Origin: Candidatus Bathyarchaeota archaeon
GTDB lineage: Archaea > Thermoproteota > CALKCG01 > B24 > JAGTQN01
Assembly: GCA_018396395.1 (NCBI GenBank)
Contig: JAGTQN010000001.1
Coordinates: 1-54,755, forward strand
Direction: 5' to 3'
Length of the DNA stretch: 54,755 nt
The notes under the pieces were generated by a model. It was not told the origin of the DNA. It searched no databases and saw only the letters and a program-made list of their open reading frames with translations. Both the position numbers and the translations under genes were made by a program. Below, piece after piece: positions 45,836-54,061 of this stretch; the stretch's first letter is position 1; every line of letters begins with the position of its first letter.

Positions 45836-46324
45836 TCATAGGGCCCTTAGCTTCTTAACGAAGGTTTTTACGTCCTCCACATTTCCCTTAACCATAGAAG
45901 GTGGCAACCAGTTTTCATAGAAGTTTTGGTGCAACATCCCAGCCGATTGCCAGAGCCTTCTGAGTTCAGTATCTCCTGTCTCCTCCACCAGCTTGGCTAG
46001 GAACCCATGGAGCTCCCTATGGCTACGCAACCTTTCACCCCTTTTAGCAGCTACGGCTTTTAAGGCCTGGGACGCTGCACCCCAAAACTTCTCTGACGAT
46101 TGAACATAATTACCCCTTCGTAGAAGCTCTTCACCTTCAGTCAAGTATTTCTCTGAAAGTTTTGTATGCACCTCCCATATGACCTCGGGGTCATCGATTT
46201 CGAAATGGGATAATATGGCTTCGATCGCCAGATTCTCTAGGCTTACATCCAGCTCCCTAGATTTCTTTACTAGGCATTCCACGACCTTACTCGGAAGCTC
46301 TATTGTAACGCTCATCAACTCCAT
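45836..46324 (-). CDS. PaREP1-family (HEPN-like) protein with N-terminal ribbon-helix-helix-like segment
   Basis: The core is YLTEGEELLRRGNYVQSSEKFWGAASQALKAVAAKRGERLRSHRELHGF...AGMLHQNFYENWL. It fits the PaREP1 pattern (QASEK, SH, LH.NFYE). The N-terminal VTIELPSKVVECLVKKSRELDVSLENLAIEAILSHF looks CopG/RHH-like. Confidence 0.65.
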   Translation of the reverse strand: MELMSVTIELPSKVVECLVKKSRELDVSLENLAIEAILSHFEIDDPEVIWEVHTKLSEKYLTEGEELLRRGNYVQSSEKFWGAASQALKAVAAKRGERLRSHRELHGFLAKLVEETGDTELRRLWQSAGMLHQNFYENWLPPSMVKGNVEDVKTFVKKLRAL

Positions 46325-46787
46325 CTATAGAGTCATGCCTAAATTAAATTTATACCACGGTTCACGCGGGTAGGAAGACTTGCAACTCTAGGCTCTTATC
46401 ATCCTTATGGCTAGAAGCCTAGAGCAAGCCTACAAGCTCCATAAGTTTTCATAAAATACACCAAAGTTTTAGCTAAGTCGGAGACTAAAAACCTGTAGGA
46501 CTAACAACAAACTCTTTCATGAAGGGCGATAGCCTATTTCATTTCATACAACGCCAAGACGGGTAAATCGTTATTAAAAAGATTCGAACTCAATTGGGTT
46601 GGAATATCCATGCCTCCAAACTTTAAGAGGAAAGGTGTAAGCAATGTCTATACAATGCTATCTCCGTAAAAGGAACGATTATTTACTTTAAGTCTTCGAC
46701 TATTCGCTTTCTTAGCCCCTCTTATCAAAACCAATCGTTATTATTTTATTTTATTCCCTAGTTTTGCCTTCCTCTAGCCTGAGGATA

Positions 46788-47971
46788 TTAGATTAGAAGG
46801 GCTATCGTCATTCCAATTCCGGCTATGAGGGTCAAAAGGGCGAAGGCTGGAGTGTAAGAGAGGAAGATATCATAAACAATTCCGATGACCAGTACCCCGA
46901 GGAAACCACCAACGTAGGCGAAACCGTCGATGAAGCTAGAAGCAGTTCCCAACTTCTTTTGGAAGAAAGATTGGAGAATAGGTGAAGTAGATGCTTCCAC
47001 CGAAGCCAAGAAATGCGAAGATCAGGGTAAACATCACCAAAACCATGTTTTCCTCTGCCGTAGAGGATAGGATCCACAGGGCCCAGGGCAGAAAGGGTGA
47101 AGGATATGGCTATAGCGAACTTGAACCTACTTTTGAATCCTCCTCCTGTCAACCAAGCTCCTATGAACATACTTCCAGCCCCTGTTAGGGTTGAAAGTCC
47201 TCCCAGAATCGAGCTTGCAATGGAGACATGTGTATTTTTTTTCTGTCAAATATGTTGGGAGCCATGCAAGTAAACTTCGGAAGATGCACATATAGCATGC
47301 GTAGGCAAGGGCTACCATCCATACGTTTCTGTTAAAAAGGATTAGACGAATTCTTTCCCTCATTACCAAAGAACCTTTTGACGAATCGATCCTATGGCAA
47401 TTTGATGGATCCTTTATAAAAACCAGAAAATCCCCGTTGTAAACAACAAAAGAAAGGATGGAAATAAGAACGAAGCACGCCAACTAAAATCCATCGCCAA
47501 ATAACCCGATAGGGCATATGCCACGGTAGGACCTAGTTTGCTGGAAGCAAAAGAAAGCCCATAGCAAATCCCATCGTTCCACTATCCTTCGAATAGGGAT
47601 CAGACACAAGGCGTGTTAGGGCCCCCAAACCATTCCCTGCCCCAGCCCGTTTAGAAACTGTAGCGCCAAACCGATCGAGAAACCTAGCAGAGGTGTAGTT
47701 AAAGCTGAGAGGGAAAAGGCTATGTTAGAAAGGGAGGAGATGATACCCCCAAGAATAACGACCCTCTTAGGACCTATGGTATCCCTAGAAGACCTGTGGG
47801 GAAGAGCGTGATGGCATAGGAAACCAGTTCTGCGGAGGCAAGGGCACCAACATCGCCATGGCTTCATCTGGTAGAGGGCCATCAATATCGGAAGGACGAG
47901 GTAAATTGTATCGGCACAAGTATAACGCCAAATACTCGATACCCAAGACTAGGGTTTTTCAACCTAATCAT
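46788..47971 (-). pseudogene. MFS transporter, multiply frameshifted
   Basis: MFS-like segments are spread over at least four frames or ORFs. Examples: GDVGALASAELVSYAITLFPTGLLG, IGPKRVVILGGIISSL..LQFLNGLGQGMVWGP, RNVWMVALAYACYMCIFRSLLAWLPTYLTEKKY, VGGFLGVLVIGIVYD. In-frame stops lie between them. Confidence 0.65.
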
Positions 47972-48048
47972 GAACGCCCTTCCTATCCCTTCTTTCCTCA
48001 AGTCCATTAGGAACCTTAAAGAGATGCCTAAGCCTAAAGCCTTGTGTT

Positions 48049-49506
48049 ATGTCCAAGGGCTTCAAGGCTTCCTATTCGGCTCGAATCCCTGCTTCAGATG
48101 TTACTTCCACCTCAAAATCCACCACATCCCCACGTTTTAAGGATGCCCTCACCCTCGCCATAGAAGCCCTAAGCCTCCTCGAGTTGAACAATTTAAGCGC
48201 CAGGGCAGCCCTCCGGGGGGCTACTGAGCAACTTGACATAGAGGACTATGAGGCCCAAAGGGCTGCCCACAGGTTGGTCTTCGAGACCCTCAAAAGGCTC
48301 AATTTCATAGATTTCATGATTAAAAATGCCTTGGACCCGGAGGTCTTCGATACCCTCCCCCTAGGCGTGAAGGCCTTTCTGAGGATATATGCCTACGAGG
48401 TCGTAATAAGGGGAAGGGGACTAAGGGGGGCCCTGGGCTATGTGAGGGCGGCCAGAGACATCCTTGGCTGGAGAACCCTAAATCCGGTTGAGGAAACCTT
48501 CGCCCGCCTTCTGGGCATGAGGCCCGAAGCCCTCATCCTCGCCTCCAAAGAACCTGAGAGAACGGCCCTTAGGACTTTCCACCCTCCCTGGTTCGTGGAA
48601 TATTGCGTAAGGGCCTTCGGAAGGGTTGAGGCCTTAAGGCTTCTTGAGTCTATAGGAAGGGGGGCGCCTTTTACCTTCCTAAGGCTTAACACACTTCGAG
48701 ATTCGGAGCCTCGTATCATCGAAGCCTTGGAGAGGGAGGGTATTAGGCTAAAGGCCTTTGAGGGAATTCGCCATCTTTATGTCTTGACTGGGAATCCCAA
48801 GCTTCCCCTTACGAGGATGAACGCTTATAGGGAAGGCCTCTTCGAAGAGCAAGACCTCCTCAGCGCTTACGCAGTAGAGGCCAGCGGAATAAAGAAAGGC
48901 TTCAAGGTTCTTGAGATAGGGACTAGGAGGCGTAGCCCTGGAGCCATGGCAAGCCACATGGCCCAACTTATGGAAAACGAAGGCCTCATCGTATCCTTAA
49001 GGGATTCTGGACGGGAAGCAAGGATCTGGAAGCTTACCATTGCCAGGATGGGAGTAAGGAACGCTGAGCTCATCCTTGCTAATGCCAATGCCGGCTTCGG
49101 AGCCGGGACTAAGGACTTTATTCCCTTAGACCTCGAGGCTGATCTGGTTTTCTTGGAACCTCCTTCCACTGAAACTGGAGCCTTCCATCAGGATCCATCC
49201 CTCAAGTGGAAAACGAAGCCCGAAGACATCCAACGCTTGGCGAGGCTTCAGGCTAACCTCCTCGAGTCGGCCTTGGGCTATGTAAGGCCTGGTGGGAGTC
49301 TTGTCTACCTAACCTCCAGCCTTACTATCGAGGAAAATGAGATGCAGATCGAAAGGCTCCTGAGGCTTCACAGCGAGTTTGAAGCCATTCCTTTGGAGCC
49401 AAGCCTGGGGCAGTCTGCTTTGAGGGGACTGAAGAACTGCAAAAGGTTTTTCCTCCATCGCCATGGTTGTGGAAGTGGCTTCATCGCTAAGCTGAGAAGG
49501 CTTTAA
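48049..49506 (+). CDS. NOL1/NOP2/Sun (RsmB/Trm4-like) family homologue, predicted catalytically inactive
   Basis: The overall layout is a NusB-like N-terminal domain, a PUA-less linker and a methyltransferase fold. Motif IV reads LEPPSTETGAF where DAPCSGTG is expected. Motif VI reads LVYLTSSLTIEENE where YSTCS is expected. Motif I reads VLEIGTRRRSPGAMAS where DLCAAPGGKT is expected. Confidence 0.8.
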   Translation: MSKGFKASYSARIPASDVTSTSKSTTSPRFKDALTLAIEALSLLELNNLSARAALRGATEQLDIEDYEAQRAAHRLVFETLKRLNFIDFMIKNALDPEVFDTLPLGVKAFLRIYAYEVVIRGRGLRGALGYVRAARDILGWRTLNPVEETFARLLGMRPEALILASKEPERTALRTFHPPWFVEYCVRAFGRVEALRLLESIGRGAPFTFLRLNTLRDSEPRIIEALEREGIRLKAFEGIRHLYVLTGNPKLPLTRMNAYREGLFEEQDLLSAYAVEASGIKKGFKVLEIGTRRRSPGAMASHMAQLMENEGLIVSLRDSGREARIWKLTIARMGVRNAELILANANAGFGAGTKDFIPLDLEADLVFLEPPSTETGAFHQDPSLKWKTKPEDIQRLARLQANLLESALGYVRPGGSLVYLTSSLTIEENEMQIERLLRLHSEFEAIPLEPSLGQSALRGLKNCKRFFLHRHGCGSGFIAKLRRL

Positions 49507-49528
49507 GATGGGCTTAGAAAAAGCCTTA

Positions 49529-49546
49529 AAGCCTTCCGGAAGGCTT
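49529..49546. terminator. 18-bp perfect palindrome between convergent genes
   Basis: aagccttccggaaggctt lies between the stop at 49506 (+) and the stop at 49594 (-). Confidence 0.35.
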
Positions 49547-49593
49547 CAAGATAATCTCATCCTTCATTCCCTTCATCCTTCCCCTCCTTCCGC

Positions 49594-50472
49594 TCATCCT
49601 CTCTTCCTTCTTGCTCGCCTAAGCCTAACCAAGACAATGGGATAATGGGGAATTCTGCGAAGCATATCCCACGTTACTTTGGTCAAGCCCCTAGCTTTAA
49701 GTCTCTCAGCCATTTCCCAGACATCCCTTCCCGCTCCATGGCCCCTTAGCCTCTCGGCAAGGAAGCAGATTTCCAAAAGCCCATCTAAGGGAAGGGAAGG
49801 ACCTTCCATAGCAAAGGCTACGGCCACGGGTGTAGGTCTCGCCTTCAACTTCAGGGAGGCTCCTATCAGATAGGCGAAAAAACCTAGAGGCTTTATTCCC
49901 TTTATCGGATTTCTCACCGTTGTGAAGTAAAGGCTTCTCCAATGGAAGGTTCGATCGGTGTCCGATATGATAACCGTCGCATGTTTACCAGTTTCTCGAA
50001 GGATTATATCCCTTAAGCCTTCAGCTATCTTCTGGGCATTCCTAAGGGGTAGGGCCGCGTAAGCGTATGGCAGGTTTACGACGTCTATGCCACCCTCAGA
50101 GGCATGGCGTAGGGCATGGAGAAAACCCCCATGCCTCAGGATCGCCTCCTTATGATGGGATCCCTCTTGTAATGGATATGCCCTTAGCCTTAAGATCGTC
50201 GTGGGCTTGAGATGGCATAGGTAGCCTAAGAAATAGCCCCATCCAATCCGCATCCAAAACCTTGCCAGGAACTTAGCCATAAGGCTCGGCTTGTATTCGC
50301 TCTCATCGATAATGTTGCCAAGGGCTACGGAAAGGGCCTTTTGGGAAAGCACTATGAAATCCCCATCCCTTAGCCAAGGGCGGACAGCCTCGAGGATGAG
50401 GCTTTCATAATCGCTTCCCGGGAGCCATAGGGGGGTCTGAAGGGCCTTGGCGGAAAGCCTCAGAAGCCTCAA
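49594..50472 (-). CDS. CofE-like (F420-0:gamma-glutamyl ligase fold) protein, divergent
   Basis: DGDFIVLSQKALSVALGNIIDESEY, GGIDVVN and VIISDTDRTF loosely follow the CofE motifs GDxxVVSSKxVSKAEG, GIDASN and ITDTxGR. This is a weak by-eye match. Confidence 0.4.
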   Translation of the reverse strand: MRLLRLSAKALQTPLWLPGSDYESLILEAVRPWLRDGDFIVLSQKALSVALGNIIDESEYKPSLMAKFLARFWMRIGWGYFLGYLCHLKPTTILRLRAYPLQEGSHHKEAILRHGGFLHALRHASEGGIDVVNLPYAYAALPLRNAQKIAEGLRDIILRETGKHATVIISDTDRTFHWRSLYFTTVRNPIKGIKPLGFFAYLIGASLKLKARPTPVAVAFAMEGPSLPLDGLLEICFLAERLRGHGAGRDVWEMAERLKARGLTKVTWDMLRRIPHYPIVLVRLRRARRKRG

Positions 50473-50615
50473 GGACCTTTCCTTTTCTTTCTTTCCCTTG
50501 CATCCAGGAATGCCGCTTCTACTTTACGGTAGTTCTTTCTATCTCTATCCTACTTGGCTTAACGATAAGAGGATGCTCCCTTAAGCATCCATAGGTTTCA
50601 TGGAAAACCTAAGCC

Positions 50616-50999
50616 TCACCTCGAATCTGAGGAATTGGAACTTCCCTCCGCCTTCCGGCCTTCATATTCGACGACCCAGGCACCTCTCCTCGAACGGGTT
50701 AAATCCTCGATACGCCGCCTCACTTGTTTTATGGAGGTCTCCAGCCCCTTAATCCTCTTCTCAACCTCTCCAAGCTCATTCTCAAGAGGTCCTATACGAT
50801 TGGTGAGGTTGAGCATGGATCTTTCGAGGCGCCCAGCCTCTAGATAATCCCTAGTGCTGTAAAACTTACTCCTAACCTCTTCGAGGTCTCGCTTGAGTTC
50901 CGCCAAGGCGGAGTTAAGCTCACCCCTTCGCCGTTGGGCTTCCTTGAGGGCTTCCTCGAGCTTTGCCTCCTCCTCCTTAAGCTCTTCGATGGAAGACAT
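50616..50999 (-). CDS. Coiled-coil hypothetical protein
   Basis: 127 aa, E/K/R/L-rich with heptad periodicity almost throughout. No family recognised. Confidence 0.5.
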   Translation of the reverse strand: MSSIEELKEEEAKLEEALKEAQRRRGELNSALAELKRDLEEVRSKFYSTRDYLEAGRLERSMLNLTNRIGPLENELGEVEKRIKGLETSIKQVRRRIEDLTRSRRGAWVVEYEGRKAEGSSNSSDSR

Positions 51000-51084
51000 G
51001 GTAATGCAGCCTCCCTTAAATGGAAAGGGAATTCCTTTTTTATAATTTTCTCCCTATTCACTTCAATTCAATTTATATGGTTTT

Positions 51085-52173
51085 TTGGATGTGGACCCTT
51101 TGAACGGACGCGAGCGTTTCAGGAGAATTATGGACTTCGAGAGGCCCGACCGGTTGCCCCTCTACGAGTGGCTTGGCTTCTGGAAGGATACCTTGGACCG
51201 ATGGTATGGGGAGGGGCTCCCTCCTGGAATGGCAGTCGAGGACTACTTCGACTTCGATAAGACGGAGATCCTTCCGATAGACTTTGGTCCTATACCAAGA
51301 TTTGTTCCGAGGACTTTGGAGGAAGATGATCGATACAAGATCGTCATAAACGAGAAGGGCATCATCGCGAAACACCTGAAAACTTCGACCTCCATGCCAA
51401 GCTTCCTAGCCTTTCCCGTTAAGTCCAGGGAAGACTTCCATAAAATCAAGGTGCGCTTCAACCCTAAGGATCCTAGGCGTTATCCAATAACTTGGAGCGA
51501 TGAGCTTATAGAGTACTATAAAGCCCTCGATCGTCCTTTAAGGCTTCGTTTCCCTGGCTTCTTCTGGCAGGCAAGGGACCTTATGGGCCTTCCCTATCTT
51601 TCCATAGCCTTCTTTAGGGAAAAGAGGCTTCTCCATGAATTCTTCGATTTTTGGGCAGACTTCATCATCGAGACGAGTGAGGAAGCCCTATCTGTCGTAA
51701 GACCCGATTATGTGGACTTCGCCGAGGACATGTCCTATAAGAATGGCCCCCACATCTCGCCAAGGTTCTTCGAGGACTTCATCCAACCATCCTATTGCAA
51801 AGTTACATCCTTCCTCCGTAGCAAGGGCATCGATGTCATCGCCGTGGATACGGATGGGGACCCATCTCTTCTCCTTCCTAGCCTTATCGAAGCCGGAGTG
51901 AACTGCCTGATCCCCCTTGAGGTGGCCGCCGGTATGGATGTCGGAAGGCTAAGAAAAGCCTATGGAAGAAAGCTTCGCTTCATAGGAGGCATCGATAAGC
52001 GTGCCCTGGCCTTAGGAGGGACGCATCTAGAAGCTGAGGTAAGGAGGAGGTTCCAAGAGGCAAAGGGAGGGGGCTATATCCCCTCAGTAGATCATAGTGT
52101 TCCAGTGGACGTTTCCTTTCAGAACTACTGCCGATATGTGGAGCTGAGAAGGGAACTCATGCATGACCTATGA
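51085..52173 (+). CDS. Uroporphyrinogen decarboxylase (URO-D)/MtaA-like family protein
   Basis: ERFRRIMDFERPDRLPLYEW and the later TIM-barrel segments (DFAEDMSYKNGPHISP, IAVDTDGD, GGIDK) resemble URO-D-family methyltransferase/decarboxylase homologues. TTG start. Confidence 0.6.
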   Translation: MDVDPLNGRERFRRIMDFERPDRLPLYEWLGFWKDTLDRWYGEGLPPGMAVEDYFDFDKTEILPIDFGPIPRFVPRTLEEDDRYKIVINEKGIIAKHLKTSTSMPSFLAFPVKSREDFHKIKVRFNPKDPRRYPITWSDELIEYYKALDRPLRLRFPGFFWQARDLMGLPYLSIAFFREKRLLHEFFDFWADFIIETSEEALSVVRPDYVDFAEDMSYKNGPHISPRFFEDFIQPSYCKVTSFLRSKGIDVIAVDTDGDPSLLLPSLIEAGVNCLIPLEVAAGMDVGRLRKAYGRKLRFIGGIDKRALALGGTHLEAEVRRRFQEAKGGGYIPSVDHSVPVDVSFQNYCRYVELRRELMHDL

Positions 52174-52303
52174 TGGCATGATTGGCGGATCGTTGCTTGC
52201 TGATTTGTTTGCTGGCTGTTTTCGTTCTTCAGCTCATAGGAGAAAAAGATAAACGGCTCAAGTAGAAACATTTTTCATACTCATAGGATGGGATTGATAA
52301 GCC

Positions 52304-53014
52304 TTGAAAACCCCTTTGGCGGCATCAGTGCCCCCAGCAAAGCGTAGGATCGAGTTCGACTCAGCCCTGTGTAGCTGGTGTGGTTGTTGTGAGCTTATAT
52401 GCTCTCTAGTCCACGAGGACGAATGTCGTCCCTCCTTGGCCAGGATTCATATAGTCGTAAATCAGTTTGCTGCGAAAGTTTCGGCAAGCTTCTGTAAGCA
52501 ATGCGATGAGGCGCCATGCATTTCGGCATGTCCTGTCAAGGCAATATTCGTGGATGTGGGAACGGGGGCAAGGATCATCGATGAAGGGCTTTGCGTTGGA
52601 TGCGGAGCCTGTGCAAAAGCATGTCCCCTCAACATGGAAGGGAATGTCTTAACCCTCAATCCTGAAAAGAACGTTTACATAAAGTGCGACCTTTGTGTTG
52701 GGCTTGGCGGCCCCCGTTGTGTGGCTATATGTCCTCAAGGGGCTCTGAGATACATCGAAGTTGAGACTTTAGGGTTCGATCCTTGTCCTCCCTCGATTTC
52801 CAAAGGGAATGGCGTAACGAAGAATGATGGCGGAAAAGCCCTAGGAGGGAATGAGGATCGGGGGAATGATGGGTTAATAATTGCTAATCTTCTAGATAGA
52901 TCGAAGAAGAAGGAAAAGAAAGTGAAATGGATAAGCCCCCTCAGCTCGGATCGATCTAACCCATATCCCTTCCTTTTTAACTTAAATTTATATAACATTT
53001 ATAAGCAGTTATAA
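52304..53014 (+). CDS. Four-cluster [4Fe-4S] ferredoxin-type protein (DmsB/HybA-like) with low-complexity tail
   Basis: Four Cys groups: CSWCGCCELIC, CKQCDEAPCISACP, CVGCGACAKACP, CDLCVGLGGPRCVAICP. The last 70 or so aa are low complexity and the true stop could be the same. TTG start. Confidence 0.75.
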   Translation: MKTPLAASVPPAKRRIEFDSALCSWCGCCELICSLVHEDECRPSLARIHIVVNQFAAKVSASFCKQCDEAPCISACPVKAIFVDVGTGARIIDEGLCVGCGACAKACPLNMEGNVLTLNPEKNVYIKCDLCVGLGGPRCVAICPQGALRYIEVETLGFDPCPPSISKGNGVTKNDGGKALGGNEDRGNDGLIIANLLDRSKKKEKKVKWISPLSSDRSNPYPFLFNLNLYNIYKQL

Positions 53015-53017
53015 AAA
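53009..53017 (+). promoter_or_regulatory. TATA-like box upstream of tbp
   Basis: ttataaaaa lies about 35-43 bp upstream of the TTG start at 53052. ggtgg lies between them and may act as a ribosome-binding site. Confidence 0.4.
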
Positions 53018-53051
53018 GTCGTCATGTTTTTTACCACAAGGTGGTAAGGTT

Positions 53052-53630
53052 TTGCCAAAGCCCATTATCCAAGTGGAGAATGTTGTTGCAAGTATCGTCC
53101 TAAACCAGACGATAGATCTTCTAAGTGTAGTTAAGGCCCTCCCTGATACTGTTGAATACAGGCCCGAACAGTTTCCTGGACTTGTGTTCCGTTTGAAGAA
53201 TCCCAAGACGGCAACTTTAATCTTCAATTCCGGGAAAATGGTTTGTACAGGCGCTAAGTCTGAGGCCCTCGCCAAGAAGGCCGTAAAAAAGGTCATAAAT
53301 CAACTCGAATCGAGTGGCATCATCATTCTATCGAAGCCTGAGATCAAGATACAGAACATCGTCGCCTCTGCAAGCCTCGGCGGAAAGATAGACTTAGAAA
53401 AGGCAACCCTAAGCTTAGGAAGGACCATGTACGAACCCGAGCAGTTTCCTGGGCTCATCTATCGGATGGATGACCCGAAGGTTGTCATCCTTCTCTTCGC
53501 CAGTGGAAAGCTCGTGTGTACAGGCGCAAAGAAGGAGGAGGACGTTCATAGGGCCGTTGAAAGGCTTCAGAAGAGACTTGAGGAGGAGGGACTCATTTAC
53601 TACGGAGGAACAGAGGCCCTCAAGGTTTAG
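53052..53630 (+). CDS. tbp: TATA-box binding protein
   Basis: Two direct repeats, each with the hallmark motifs: ENVVAS..EYRPEQFPGLVFRL..NSGKMVCTGAKS and QNIVAS..MYEPEQFPGLIYRM..ASGKLVCTGAKK. Confidence 0.95.
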   Translation: MPKPIIQVENVVASIVLNQTIDLLSVVKALPDTVEYRPEQFPGLVFRLKNPKTATLIFNSGKMVCTGAKSEALAKKAVKKVINQLESSGIIILSKPEIKIQNIVASASLGGKIDLEKATLSLGRTMYEPEQFPGLIYRMDDPKVVILLFASGKLVCTGAKKEEDVHRAVERLQKRLEEEGLIYYGGTEALKV

Positions 53631-54017
53631 GGAACCTGGCTTTAAACCTGGCTTTTAGCTTCTAATAATACTATTAGTTAGAACGCAAATTTATTTTATC
53701 AGAATGAGAAGCGATGAGGGAATATAAATAATAACGCTCACATTAAGAAGACGTGACATGTTCCTCCTTTCATACTTTATGCGGATTTCATATCCTCAGT
53801 TAAGCCCAAAATGGGCTTATTTCCCTCAAATTTTATAATAGAAATCACAATGTTAATATTTACAAAGAGAACAAGTTAGAAGCAAAAGACGACAGCACTG
53901 TACTTTTATTCTTACAACCAGTACTCCTCCTTCCGAATATCTTAAGCTTCATAAGCCTTCTGGGAGAAGGCAATCATAGGTTAAAGAGTTCCTATCCTAA
54001 GATCCCTTGCTATTTTA

Positions 54018-54061
54018 TTTTTCCTTTCTTTTTCTTTTCTTCTTTTCCTTTTCTTCTTTTT
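54018..54061. repeat. 44-nt pure pyrimidine (T/C) tract on the plus strand
   Basis: tttttcctttctttttcttttcttcttttccttttcttcttttt contains no purine. It directly abuts the purA stop codon (54060-54062 on the minus strand). Confidence 0.85.

Noticed and set aside
52168-52215. Possible C/D-box sRNA (atgatgg ... ctga) after the URO-D-family gene
   Set aside because: The C-like box overlaps the stop codon. No second box pair or kink-turn context is present.
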